From: the human T2T-CHM13v2.0 reference genome, Homo sapiens
DNA length: 64,000 nt
Strand: one strand, 5' to 3'
Assembly: GCF_009914755.1 (NCBI RefSeq)
Contig: NC_060943.1
Shown: piece by piece, positions 11,801 through 25,892 of the stretch
How positions within the stretch are numbered: position 1 is the first letter of the stretch
Layout: each line of letters starts with the position of its first letter
The notes under the pieces: model-generated
What the model saw: the letters and a program-made list of their open reading frames with translations, nothing else
What the model was told of the DNA's origin: nothing
The model's database searches: none
Made by a program: the position numbers and the translations under genes

Positions 11801-14800
11801 CCTTGTGTTGTGTGTTTTCAACTCACAGAGTTGAACGATCCTTTACACAGAGCAGACTTGAAACACTCCTTTTGTGGAATTTGCAAGTGGAGATTTCAGC
11901 CGCTTTGAGGTCAATGGTAGAATAGGAAATATCTTCCTATAGAAAGTAGACAGAATGATTCTCAGAAACTCCTTTGTGATGTGTGCGTTCAACTCACAGA
12001 GTTTAACCTTTCTTTTCATAGAGCAGTTAGGAAACACTCTGTTTGTAAAGTCTGCAAGTGGATATTCAGACCTCCTTGAGGCCTTCGTTGGAAACGGGAT
12101 TTCTTCATATTATGCTAGACAGAAGAATTCTCAGTAACTTCCTTGTGTTGTGTGTATTCAACTCACAGAGTTGAACGATCCTTTACACAGAGCAGACTTG
12201 AAACACTCTTTTTGTGGAATTTGCAAGTGGAGATTTCAGCCGCTTTGAGGTCAATGGTAGAATAGGAAATATCTTCCTATAGAAACTAGACAGAATGATT
12301 CTCAGAAACTCCTTTGTGATGTGTGCGTTCAACTCACAGAGTTCAACCTTTCTTTTCATAGAGCAGTTTGGAAACACTCTGTTTGTAAAGTCTGCAAGTG
12401 GATATTCAGACTTCTTTGAGGCCTTCGTTGGAAGCGGGATTTCTTCATATTCTGCTAGACAGAAGAATTCTCAGTAACTGCCTTGTGTTCTGTGTATTCA
12501 ACTCACAGAGTTGAACGATCCTTTACACAGAGCAGACTTGAAACACTCTTTTTGTGGAATTTGCAAGTGGAGATTTCAGCCGCTTTGAGGTCAATGGTAG
12601 AATAGGAAATATCTTCCTATAGAAACTAGACAGAATGATTCTCAGAAACTCCTTTGTGATGTGTGCGTTCAACTCACAGAGTTTACCCTTTCTTTTCATA
12701 GAGCAGTTAGGAAACACTCTGTTTGTAAAGTCTGCAAGTGGATATTCAGACATCCTTGAGGCTTTCGTTGGAAACGGGATTTCTTCATATTCTGCCAGAA
12801 AGAAGAATTCTCAGTAACTTCCTTGTGTTGTGTGTATTCAACTCACAGAGTTGAACGATCCTTTACACAGAGCAGACTTGAAACACTCTTTTTGTGGAAT
12901 TTGCAAGTGGAGATTTCAGCCGCTTTGAGGTCAATGGTAGAATAGGAAATATCTTCCTATAGAAACTAGACAGAATGATTCTCAGAAACTCCTTTGTGAT
13001 GCGTGCGTTCAACTCACAGAGTTTAACCTTTCTTTTCATAGAGCAGTTAGGAAACACTCTGTTTGTAAAGTCTGCAAGTGGATATTCAGACATCCTTGAG
13101 GCTTTCGTTGGAAACGGGATTTCTTCATATTCTGCTAGAAAGAAGAATTCTCAGTAACTTCCTTGTGTTGTGTGTATTCAACTCACAGAGTTGAACGATC
13201 CTTTACACAGAGCAGACTTGAAACACTCTTTTTGTGGAATTTGCAAGTGGAGATTTCAGCCGCTTTGAGGTCAATGGTAGAATAGGAAATATCTTCCTAT
13301 AGAAACTAGACAGAATGATTCTCAGAAACTCCTTTGTGATGTGTGCGTTCAACTCACAGAGTTTAACCTTTCTTTTCATAGAGCAGTTGGGAAACACTCT
13401 GTTTGTAAAGTCTGCAAGTGGATATTCAGACATCCTTGAGGCTTTCGTTGGAAACGGGATTTCTTCATATTCTGCTAGAAAGAAGAATTCTCAGTAACTT
13501 CCTTGTGTTGTGTGTATTCAACTCACAGAGTTGAACGATCCTTTACACAGAGCAGACTTGAAACACTCTTTTTGTGGAATTTGCAAGTGGAGATTTCAGC
13601 CGCTTTGAGGTCAATGGTAGAATATTAAATATCTTCCTATAGAAACTAGACAGAATGATTCTCAGAAACTCCTTTGTGATGTGTGCGTTCAACTCACAGA
13701 GTTTAACCTTTCTTTTCATAGAGCAGTTAGGAAACACTCTGTTTGTAAAGTCTGCAAGTGGATATTCAGACTTCTTTGAGGCCTTCGTTGGAAACGGGAT
13801 TTCTTCATATTATGCTAGACAGAAGAATTCTCAGGAACTTCCTTGTGTTGTGTGTATTCAACTCACAGAGTTGAACGATCCTTTACACAGAGCAGACTTG
13901 AAACACTCTTTTTGTGGAATTTGCAAGTGGAGATTTCAGCCGCTTTGAGTTCAATGGTAGAATAGGAAATATCTTCCTATAGAAAGTACACAGAATGATT
14001 CTCAGAAACTGCTTTGTGATGTGTGCGTTCAAATCACAGAGTTCAACCTTTCTTTTCATAGAGCAGTTGGGAAACACTCTGTTTGTAAAGTCTGCAAGTG
14101 GATATTCAGACTTCTTTGAGGCCTTCGTTGGAAGCGGGATTTCTTCATATTCTGCTAGACAGAAGAATTCTCAGTAACTTCCTTGTGTTGTGTGTATTCA
14201 ACTCACAGAGTTGAACGATCCTTTACACAGAGCAGACTTGTAACACTCTTTTTGTGGAATTTGCAAGTGGAGATTTCAGCCGCTTTGAGGTCAATGGTAG
14301 AATAGGAAATATCTTCCTATAGAAACTAGACAGAATGATTCTCAGAAACTCCTTTGTGATGTGTGCGTTCAACTCACAGAGTTCAACCTTTCTTTTCATA
14401 GAGCAGTTGGGAAACACTCTGTTTGTAAAGTCTGCAAGTGGATATTCAGACTTCTTTGAGGCCTTCGTTGGAAGCGGGATTTCTTCATGTTCTGCTAGAC
14501 AGAAGAATTCTCAGAAACTTCCTTGTGTTGTGTGTATTCAACTCACAGAGTTGAACGATCCTTTACACAGAGCAGACTTGAAACACTCTTTTTGTGGAAT
14601 TTGCAAGTGGAGATTTCAGCCGCTTTGAGGTCAATGGTAGAATAGGAAATATCTTCCTATAGAAACTAGACAGAATGATTCTCAGAAACTCCTTTGTGAT
14701 GTGTGCGTTCAACTCACAGAGTTTAACCTTTCTTTTCATAGAGCAGTTAGGAAACACTCTGTTTGTAAAGTCTGCAAGTGGATATTCAGACCTCCTTGAG

Positions 14801-17800
14801 GCCTTCGTTGGAAACGGGATTTCTTCATATTATGCTAGACAGAAGAATTCTCAGTAACTTCCTTGTGTTGTGTGTATTCAACTCACAGAGTTGAACGATC
14901 CTTTACACAGAGCAGACTTGAAACACTCTTTTTGTGGAATTTGCAAGTGGAGATTTCAGCCGCTTTGAGGTCAATGGTAGAATAGGAAATATCTTCCTAT
15001 AGAAACTAGACAGAATGATTCTCAGAAACTCCTTTGTGATGTGTGCGTTCAACTCACAGAGTTCAACCTTTCTTTTCATAGAGCAGTTGGGAAACACTCT
15101 GTTTGTAAAGTCTGCAAGTGGATATTCAGACTTCTTTGAGGCCTTCGTTGGAAGCGGGATTTCTTCATATTCTGCTAGACAGAAGAATTCTCAGTAACTG
15201 CCTTGTGTTGTGTGTATTCAACTCACAGAGTTGAACGATCCTTTACACAGAGCAGACTTGAAACACTCTTTTTGTGGAATTTGCAAGTGGAGATTTCAGC
15301 CGCTTTGAGGTCAATGGTAGAATAGGAAATATCTTCCTATAGAAACTAGACAGAATGATTCTCAGAATCTCCTTTGTGATGTGTGCGTTCAACTCACAGA
15401 GTTTACCCTTTCTTTTCATAGAGCAGTTAGGAAACACTCTGTTTGTAAAGTCTGCAAGTGGATATTCAGACATCCTTGAGGCTTTCGTTGGAAACGGGAT
15501 TTCTTCATATTCTGCCAGAAAGAAGAATTCTCAGTAACTTCCTTGTGTTGTGTGTATTCAACTCACAGAGTTGAACGATCCTTTACACAGAGCAGACTTG
15601 AAACACTCTTTTTGTGGAATTTGCAAGTGGAGATTTCAGCCGCTTTGAGGTCAATGGTAGAATAGGAAATATCTTCCTATAGAAACTAGACAGAATGATT
15701 CTCAGAAACTCCTTTGTGATGTGTGCGTTCAACTCACAGAGTTTAACCTTTCTTTTCATAGAGCAGTTAGGAAACACTCTGTTTGTAAAGTCTGCAAGTG
15801 GATATTCAGACATCCTTGAGGCTTTCGTTGGAAACGGGATTTCTTCATATTCTGCTAGAAAGAAGAATTCTCAGTAACTTCCTTGTGTTGTGTGTATTCA
15901 ACTCACAGAGTTGAACGATCCTTTACACAGAGCAGACTTGAAACACTCTTTTTGTGGAATTTGCAAGTGGAGATTTCAGCCGCTTTGAGGTCAATGGTAG
16001 AATAGGAAATATCTTCCTATAGAAACTAGACAGAATGATTCTCAGAAACTCCTTTGTGATGTGTGCGTTCAACTCACAGAGTTTAACCTTTCTTTTCATA
16101 GAGCAGTTGGGAAACCCTCTGTTTGTAAAGTCTGCAAGTGGATATTCAGACATCCTTGAGGCTTTCGTTGGAAACGGGATTTCTTCATATTCTGCTAGAA
16201 AGAAGAATTCTCAGTAACTTCCTTGTGTTGTGTGTATTCAACTCACAGAGTTGAACGATCCTTTACACAGAGCAGACTTGAAACACTCTTTTTGTGGAAT
16301 TTGCAAGTGGAGATTTCAGCCGCTTTGAGGTCAATGGTAGAATAGGAAATATCTTCCTATAGAAACTAGACAGAATGATTCTCAGAAACTCCTTTGTGAT
16401 GTGTGCGTTCAACTCACACAGTTTAACCTTTCTTTTCATAGAGCAGTTAGGAAACACTCTGTTTGTAAAGTCTGCAAGTGGATATTCAGACCTCCTTGAG
16501 GCCTTCGTTGGAAACGGGATTTCTTCATATTATGCTAGACAGAAGAATTCTCAGTAACTTCCTTGTGTTGTGTGTATTCAACTCACAGAGTTGAACGATC
16601 CTTTACACAGAGCAGACTTGAAACACTCCTTTTGTGGAATTTGCAAGTGGAGATTTCAGCCGCTTTGAGGTCAATGGTAGAATAGGAAATATCTTCCTAT
16701 AGAAAGTAGACAGAATGATTCTCAGAAACTCCTTTGTGATGTGTGCGTTCAACTCACAGAGTTTAACCTTTCTTTTCATAGAGCAGTTAGGAAACACTCT
16801 GTTTGTAAAGTCTGCAAGTGGATATTCAGACCTCCTTGAGGCCTTCGTTGGAAACGGGATTTCTTCATATTATGCTAGACAGAAGAATTCTCAGTAACTT
16901 CCTTGTGTTGTGTGTATTCAACTCACAGAGTTGAACGATCCTTTACACAGAGCAGACTTGAAACACTCTTTTTGTGGAATTTGCAAGTGGAGATTTCAGC
17001 CGCTTTGAGTTCAATGGTAGAATAGGAAATATCTTCCTATAGAAACTAGACAGAATGATTCTCAGAAACTCCTTTGTGATGTGTGCGTTCACCTCACAGA
17101 GTTCAACCTTTCTTTTCATAGAGCAGTTGGGAAACACTCTGTTTGTAAAGTCTGCAAGTGGATATTCAGACTTCTTTGAGGCCTTCGTTGGAAGCGGGAT
17201 TTCTTCATATTCTGCTAGACAGAAGAATTCTCAGTAACTGCCTTGTGTTGTGTGTATTCAACTCACAGAGTTGAACGATCCTTTACACAGAGCAGACTTG
17301 AAACACTCTTTTTGTGGAATTTGCAAGTGGAGATTTCAGCCGCTTTGAGGTCAATGGTAGAATAGGAAATATCTTCCTATAGAAACTAGACAGAATGATT
17401 CTCAGAAACTCCTTTGTGATGTGTGCGTTCAACTCACACAGTTTAACCTTTCTTTTCATAGAGCAGTTAGGAAACACTCTGTTTGTAAAGTCTGCAAGTG
17501 GATATTCAGACCTCCTTGAGGCCTTCTTTGGAAACGGGATTTCTTCATATTATGCTAGACAGAAGAATTCTCAGGAACTTCCTTGTGTTGTGTGTATTCA
17601 ACTCACAGAGTTGAACGATCCTTTACACAGAGCAGACTTGAAACACTCTTTTTGTGGAATTTGCAAGTGGAGATTTCAGCCGCTTTGAGGTCAATGGTAG
17701 AATAGGAAATATCTTCCTATAGAAACTAGACAGAATGATTCTCAGAAACTCCTTTGTGATGTGTGCGTTCAACTCACAGAGTTCAACCTTTCTTTTCATA

Positions 17801-20800
17801 GAGCAGTTGGGAAACACTCTGTTTGTAAAGTCTGCAAGTGGATATTCAGACTTCTTTGAGGCCTTCGTTGGAAGCGGGATTTCTTCATATTCTGCTAGAC
17901 AGAAGAATTCTCAGTAACTGCCTTGTGTTGTGTTTATTCAACTCACAGAGTTGAACGATCCTTTACACAGAGCAGACTTGAAACACTCTTTTTGTGGAAT
18001 TTGCAAGTGGAGATTTCAGCCGCTTTGAGGTCAATGGTAGAATAGGAAATATCTTCCTATAGAAACTAGACAGAATGATTCTCAGAAACTCCTTTGTGAT
18101 GTGTGCGTTCAACTCACAGAGTTTAACCTTTCTTTTCATAGAGCAGTTAGGAAACACTCTGTTTGTAAAGTCTGCAAGTGGATATTCAGACATCCTTGAG
18201 GCTTTCGTTGGAAACGGGATTTCTTCATATTCTGCTAGAAAGAAGAATTCTCAGTAACTTCCTTGTGTTGTGTGTATTCAACTCACAGAGTTGAACGATC
18301 CTTTACACAGAGCAGACTTGAAACACTCTTTTTGTGGAATTTGCAAGTGGAGATTTCAGCCGCTTTGAGGTCAATGGTAGAATAGGAAATATCTTCCTAT
18401 AGAAACTAGACAGAATGATTCTCAGAAACTCCTTTGTGATGTGTGCGTTCAACTCACAGAGTTTAACCTTTCTTTTCATAGAGCAGTTGGGAAACACTCT
18501 GTTTGTAAAGTCTGCAAGTGGATATTCAGACATCCTTGAGGCTTTCGTTGGAAACGGGATTTCTTCATATTATGCTAGACAGAAGAATTCTCAGTAACTT
18601 CCTTGTGTTGTGTGTATTCAACTCACAGAGTTGAACGATCCTTTACACAGAGCAGACTTGAAACACTCTTTTTGTGGAATTTGCAAGTGGAGATTTCAGC
18701 CGCTTTGAGGTCAATGGTAGAATAGGAAATATCTTCCTATAGAAACTAGACAGAATGATTCTCAGAAACTCCTTTGTGATGTGTGCGTTCAACTCACAGA
18801 GTTCAACCTTTCTTTTCATAGAGCAGTTGGGAAACACTCTGTTTGTAAAGTCTGCAAGTGGATATTCAGACTTCTTTGAGGCCTTCGTTGGAAGCGGGAT
18901 TTCTTCATGTTCTGCTAGACAGAAGAATTCTCAGAAACTTCCTTGTGTTGTGTGTTTTCAACTCACAGAGTTGAACGATCCTTTACACAGAGCAGACTTG
19001 AAACACTCCTTTTGTGGAATTTGCAAGTGGAGATTTCAGCCGCTTTGAGGTCAATGGTAGAATAGGAAATATCTTCCTATAGAAAGTAGACAGAATGATT
19101 CTCAGAAACTCCTTTGTGATGTGTGCGTTCAACTCACAGAGTTTAACCTTTCTTTTCATAGAGCAGTTAGGAAACACTCTGTTTGTAAAGTCTGCAAGTG
19201 GATATTCAGACCTCCTTGAGGCCTTCGTTGGAAACGGGATTTCTTCATATTCTGCTAGACAGAAGAATTCTCAGTAACTTCCTTGTGTTGTGTGTATTCA
19301 ACTCACAGAGTTGAACGATCCTTTACACAGAGCAGACTTGAAACTCTCTTTTTGTGGAATTTGCAAGTGGAGATTTCAGCCGCTTTGAGTTCAATGGTAG
19401 AATAGGAAATATCTTCCTATAGAAACTAGACAGAATGATTCTCAGAAACTCCTTTGTGATGTGTGCGTTCAACTCACAGAGTTTAACCTTTCTTTTCATA
19501 GAGCAGTTAGGAAACACTCTGTTTGTAAAGTCTGCAAGTGGATATTCAGACCTCCCTGAGGCCTTCGTTGGAAACGGGATTTCTTCATATTATGCTAGAC
19601 AGAAGAATTCTCAGTAACTTCCTTGTGTTGTGTGTATTCAACTCACAGAGTTGAACGATCCTTTACACAGAGCAGACTTGAAACACTCCTTTTGTGGAAT
19701 TTGCAAGTGGAGATTTCAGCCGCTTTGAGGTCAATGGTAGAATAGGAAATATCTTCCTATAGAAAGTAGACAGAATGATTCTCAGAAACTCCTTTGTGAT
19801 GTGTGCGTTCAACTCACAGAGTTTAACCTTTCTTTTCATAGAGCAGTTAGGAAACACTCTGTTTGTAAAGTCTGCAAGTGGATATTCAGACCTCCTTGAG
19901 GTCTTCGTTGGAAACGGGATTTCTTCATATTATGCTAGACAGAAGAATTCTCAGTAACTTCCTTGTGTTGTGTGTATTCAACTCACAGAGTTGAACGATC
20001 CTTTACACAGAGCAGACTTGAAACACTCTTTTTGTGGAATTTGCAAGTGGAGATTTCAGCCGCTTTGAGTTCAATGGTAGAATAGGAAATATCTTCCTAT
20101 AGAAACTAGACAGAATGATTCTCAGAAACTCCTTTGTGATGTGTGCGTTCACCTCACAGAGTTCAACCTTTCTTTTCATAGAGCAGTTGGGAAACACTCT
20201 GTTTGTAAAGTCTGCAAGTGGATATTCAGACTTCTTTGAGGCCTTCGTTGGAAGCGGGATTTCTTCATATTCTGCTAGACAGAAGAATTCTCAGTAACTT
20301 CCTTGTGTTGTGTGTATTCAACTCACAGAGTTGAACGATCCTTTACACAGAGCAGACTTGAAACACTCTTTTTGTGGAATTTGCAAGTGGAGATTTCAGC
20401 CGCTTTGAGGTCAATGGTAGAATAGGAAATATCTTCCTATAGAAACTAGACAGAATGATTCTCAGAAACTCCTTTGTGATGTGTGCGTTCAACTCACAGA
20501 GTTTAACCTTTCTTTTCATAGAGCAGTTAGGAAACACTCTGTTTGTAAAGTCTGCAAGTGGATATTCAGACCTCCTTGAGGCCTTCGTTGGAAACGGGAT
20601 TTCTTCATATTATGCTAGACAGAAGAATTCTCAGTAACTTCCTTGTGTTGTGTGTATTCAACTCACAGAGTTGAACGATCCTTTACACAGAGCAGACTTG
20701 AAACACTCTTTTTGTGGAATTTGCAAGTGGAGATTTCAGCCGCTTTGAGGTCAATGGTAGAATAGGAAATATCTTCCTATAGAAACTAGACAGAATGATT

Positions 20801-21814
20801 CTCAGAAACTCCTTTGTGATGTGTGCGTTCAACTCACAGAGTTCAACCTTTCTTTTCATAGAGCAGTTGGGAAACACTCTGTTTGTAAAGTCTGCAAGTG
20901 GATATTCAGACTTCTTTGAGGCCTTCGTTGGAAGCGGGATTTCTTCATATTCTGCTAGACAGAAGAATTCTCAGTAACTGCCTTGTGTTGTGTGTATTCA
21001 ACTCACAGAGTTGAACGATCCTTTACACAGAGCAGACTTGAAACACTCTTTTTGTGGAATTTGCAAGTGGAGATTTCAGCCGCTTTGAGGTCAATGGTAG
21101 AATAGGAAATATCTTCCTATAGAAAGTAGACAGAATGATTCTCAGAAACTCCTTTGTGATGTGTGCGTTCAACTCACAGAGTTCAACCTTTCTTTTCATA
21201 GAGCAGTTGGGAAACACTCTGTTTGTAACGTCTGCAAGTGGATATTCAGACTTCTTTGAGGCCTTCGTTGGAAGCGGGATTTCTTCATATTATGCTAGAC
21301 AGAAGAATTCTCAGTAACTGCCTTGTGTTGTGTTTATTCAACTCACAGAGTTGAACGATCCTTTACACAGAGCAGACTTGAAACACTCTTTTTGTGGAAT
21401 TTGCAAGTGGAGATTTCAGCCGCTTTGAGGTCAATGGTAGAATAGGAAATATCTTCCTATAGAAACTAGACAGAATGATTCTCAGAAACTCCTTTGTGAT
21501 GTGTGCGTTCAACTCACAGAGTTTAACCTTTCTTTTCATAGAGCAGTTGGGAAACACTCTGTTTGTAAAGTCTGCAAGTGGATATTCAGACATCCTTGAG
21601 GCTTTCGTTGGAAACGGGATTTCTTCATATTCTGCTAGAAAGAAGAATTCTCAGTAACTTCCTTGTGTTGTGTGTATTCAACTCACAGAGTTGAACGATC
21701 CTTTACACAGAGCAGACTTGAAACACTCTTTTTGTGGAATTTGCAAGTGGAGATTTCAGCCGCTTTGAGGTCAATGGTAGAATAGGAAATATCTTCCTAT
21801 AGAAACTAGACAGA

Positions 21815-24800
21815 ATGATTCTCAGAAACTCCTTTGTGATGTGTGCGTTCAACTCACACAGTTTAACCTTTCTTTTCATAGAGCAGTTAGGAAACACTCT
21901 GTTTGTAAAGTCTGCAAGTGGATATTCAGACCTCCTTGAGGCCTTCGTTGGAAACGGGATTTCTTCATATTATGCTAGACAGAAGAATTCTCAGGAACTT
22001 CCTTGTGTTGTGTGTATTCAACTCACAGAGTTGAACGATCCTTTACACAGAGCAGACTTGAAACACTCTTTTTGTGGAATTTGCAAGTGGAGATTTCAGC
22101 CGCTTTGAGTTCAATGGTAGAATAGGAAATATCTTCCTATAGAAAGTACACAGAATGATTCTCAGAAACTGCTTTGTGATGTGTGCGTTCAACTCACAGA
22201 GTTCAACCTTTCTTTTCATAGAGCAGTTGGGAAACACTCTGTTTGTAAAGTCTGCAAGTGGATATTCAGACTTCTTTGAGGCCTTCGTTGGAAGCGGGAT
22301 TTCTTCATATTCTGCTAGACAGAAGAATTCTCAGTAACTTCCTTGTGTTGTGTGTATTCAACTCACAGAGTTGAACGATCCTTTACACAGAGCAGACTTG
22401 AAACACTCTTTTTGTGGAATTTGCAAGTGGAGATTTCAGCCGCTTTGAGGTCAATGGTAGAATAGGAAATATCTTCCTATAGAAACTAGACAGAATGATT
22501 CTCAGAAACTCCTTTGTGATGTGTGCGTTCAACTCACAGAGTTCAACCTTTCTTTTCATAGAGCAGTTGGGAAACACTCTGTTTGTAAAGTCTGCAAGTG
22601 TATATTCAGACTTCTTTGAGGCCTTCGTTGGAAGCGGGATTTCTTCATGTTCTGCTAGACAGAAGAATTCTCAGAAACTTCCTTGTGTTGTGTGTTTTCA
22701 ACTCACAGAGTTGAACGATCCTTTACACAGAGCAGACTTGAAACACTCCTTTTGTGGAATTTGCAAGTGGAGATTTCAGCCGCTTTGAGGTCAATGGTAG
22801 AATAGGAAATATCTTCCTATAGAAAGTAGACAGAATGATTCTCAGAAACTCCTTTGTGATGTGTGCGTTCAACTCACAGAGTTTAACCTTTCTTTTCATA
22901 GAGCAGTTAGGAAACACTCTGTTTGTAAAGTCTGCAAGTGGATATTCAGACCTCCTTGAGGCCTTCGTTGGAAACAGGATTTCTTCATATTCTCCTAGAC
23001 AGAAGAATTCTCAGTAACTTCCTTGTGTTGTGTGTATTCAACTCACAGAGTTGAACGATCCTTTACACAGAGCAGACTTGAAACACTCTTTTTGTGGAAT
23101 TTGCAAGTGGAGATTTCAGCCGCTTTGAGTTCAATGGTAGAATAGGAAATATCTTCCTATAGAAACTAGACAGAATGATTCTCATAACTCCTTTGTGATG
23201 TGTGCGTTCAACTCACAGAGTTCAACCTTTCTTTTCATAGAGCAGTTGGGAAACACTCTGTTTGTAAAGTCTGCAAGTGGATATTCAGACTTCTTTGAGG
23301 CCTTCGTTGGAAGCGGGATTTCTTCATATTCTGCTAGACAGAAGAATTCTCAGTAACTGCCTTGTGTTGTGTGTATTCAACTCACAGAGTTGAACGATCC
23401 TTTACACAGAGCAGACTTGAAACACTCTTTTTGTGGAATTTGCAAGTGGAGATTTCAGCCGCTTTGAGGTCAATGGTAGAATAGGAAATATCTTCCTATA
23501 GAAACTAGACAGAATGATTCTCAGAAACTCCTTTGTGATGTGTGCGTTCAACTCACACAGTTTAACCTTTCTTTTCATAGAGCAGTTAGGAAACACTCTG
23601 TTTGTAAAGTCTGCAAGTGGATATTCAGACCTCCTTGAGGCCTTCGTTGGAAACGGGATTTCTTCATATTATGCTAGACAGAAGAATTCTCAGGAACTTC
23701 CTTGTGTTGTGTGTATTCAACTCACAGAGTTGAACGATCCTTTACACAGAGCAGACTTGAAACACTCTTTTTGTGGAATTTGCAAGTGGAGATTTCAGCC
23801 GCTTTGAGTTCAATGGTAGAATAGGAAATATCTTCCTATAGAAAGTACACAGAATGATTCTCAGAAACTGCTTTGTGATGTGTGCGTTCAACTCACAGAT
23901 TTCAACCTTTCTTTTCATAGAGCAGTTGGGAAACACTCTGTTTGTAAAGTCTGCAAGTGGATATTCAGACTTCTTTGAGGCCTTCGTTGGAAGCGGGATT
24001 TCTTCATATTCTGCTAGACAGAAGAATTCTCAGTAACTTCCTTGTGTTGTGTGTATTCAACTCACAGAGTTGAACGATCCTTTACACAGAGCAGACTTGA
24101 AACACTCTTTTTGTGGAATTTGCAAGTGGAGATTTCAGCCGCTTTGAGGTCAATGGTAGAATAGGAAATATCTTCCTATAGAAACTAGACAGAATGATTC
24201 TCAGAAACTCCTTTGTGATGTGTGCGTTCAACTCACAGAGTTCAACCTTTCTTTTCATAGAGCAGTTGGGAAACACTCTGTTTGTAAAGTCTGCAAGTGG
24301 ATATTCAGACTTCTTTGAGGCCTTCGTTGGAAGCGGGATTTCTTCATGTTCTGCTAGACAGAAGAATTCTCAGAAACTTCCTTGTGTTGTGTGTTTTCAA
24401 CTCACAGAGTTGAACGATCCTTTACACAGAGCAGACTTGAAACACTCCTTTTGTGGAATTTGCAAGTGGAGATTTCATCTGCTTTGAGGTCAATGGTAGA
24501 ATAGGAAATATCTTCCTATAGAAAGTAGACAGAATGATTCTCAGAAACTCCTTTGTGATGTGTGCGTTCAACTCACAGAGTTTAACCTTTCTTTTCATAG
24601 AGCAGTTAGGAAACACTCTGTTTGTAAAGTCTGCAAGTGGATATTCAGACCTCCTTGAGGCCTTCGTTGGAAACAGGATTTCTTCATATTCTGCTAGACA
24701 GAAGAATTCTCAGTAACTTCCTTGTGTTGTGTGTATTCAACTCACAGAGTTGAACGATCCTTTACACAGAGCAGACTTGAAACACTCTTTTTGTGGAATT

Positions 24801-25212
24801 TGCAAGTGGAGATTTCAGCCGCTTTGAGTTCAATGGTAGAATAGGAAATATCTTCCTATAGAAACTAGACAGAATGATTCTCATAACTCCTTTGTGATGT
24901 GTGCGTTCAACTCACAGAGTTCAACCTTTCTTTTCATAGAGCAGTTGGGAAACACTCTGTTTGTAAAGTCTGCAAGTGGATATTCAGACTTCTTTGAGGC
25001 CTTCGTTGGAAGCGGGATTTCTTCATATTCTGCTAGACAGAAGAATTCTCAGTAACTGCCTTGTGTTGTGTGTATTCAACTCACAGAGTTGAACGATCCT
25101 TTACACAGAGCAGACTTGAAACACTCTTTTTGTGGAATTTGCAAGTGGAGATTTCAGCCGCTTTGAGGTCAATGGTAGAATAGGAAATATCTTCCTATAG
25201 AAACTAGACAGA
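21815..25212 (+). repeat. Tandem duplication of a 5-dimer (10-mer, 1699 bp) unit
   Basis: Same ordered markers at offset 1699: CACACAG/CAGGAAC, GTACAC/ACTGCTTT, CAGAAAC/TGTTTTCAA, AAACAGGA, CTCATAAC. Confidence 0.9.
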
Positions 25213-25892
25213 ATGATTCTCAGAAACTCCTTTGTGATGTGTGCGTTCAACTCACAGAGTTTACCCTTTCTTTTCATAGAGCAGTTAGGAAACACTCTGT
25301 TTGTAAAGTCTGCAAGTGGATATTCAGACATCCTTGAGGCTTTCGTTGGAAACGGGATTTCTTCATATTCTGCCAGAAAGAAGAATTCTCAGTAACTTCC
25401 TTGTGTTGTGTGTATTCAACTCACAGAGTTGAACGATCCTTTACACAGAGCAGACTTGAAACACTCTTTTTGTGGAATTTGCAAGTGGAGATTTCAGCCG
25501 CTTTGAGGTCAATTGTAGAATAGGAAATATCTTCCTATAGAAACTAGACAGAATGATTCTCAGAAACTCCTTTGTGATGTGTGCGTTCAACTCACAGAGT
25601 TTAACCTTTCTTTTCATAGAGCAGTTAGGAAACACTCTGTTTGTAAAGTCTGCAAGTGGATATTCAGACATCCTTGAGGCTTTCGTTGGAAACGGGATTT
25701 CTTCATATTCTGCTAGAAAGAAGAATTCCCAGTAACTTCCTTGTGTTGTGTGTATTCAACTCACAGAGTTGAACGATCCTTTACACAGAGCAGACTTGAA
25801 ACACTCTTTTTGTGGAATTTGCAAGTGGAGATTTCAGCCGCTTTGAGTTCAATGGTAGAATAGGAAATATCTTCCTATAGAAAGTACACAGA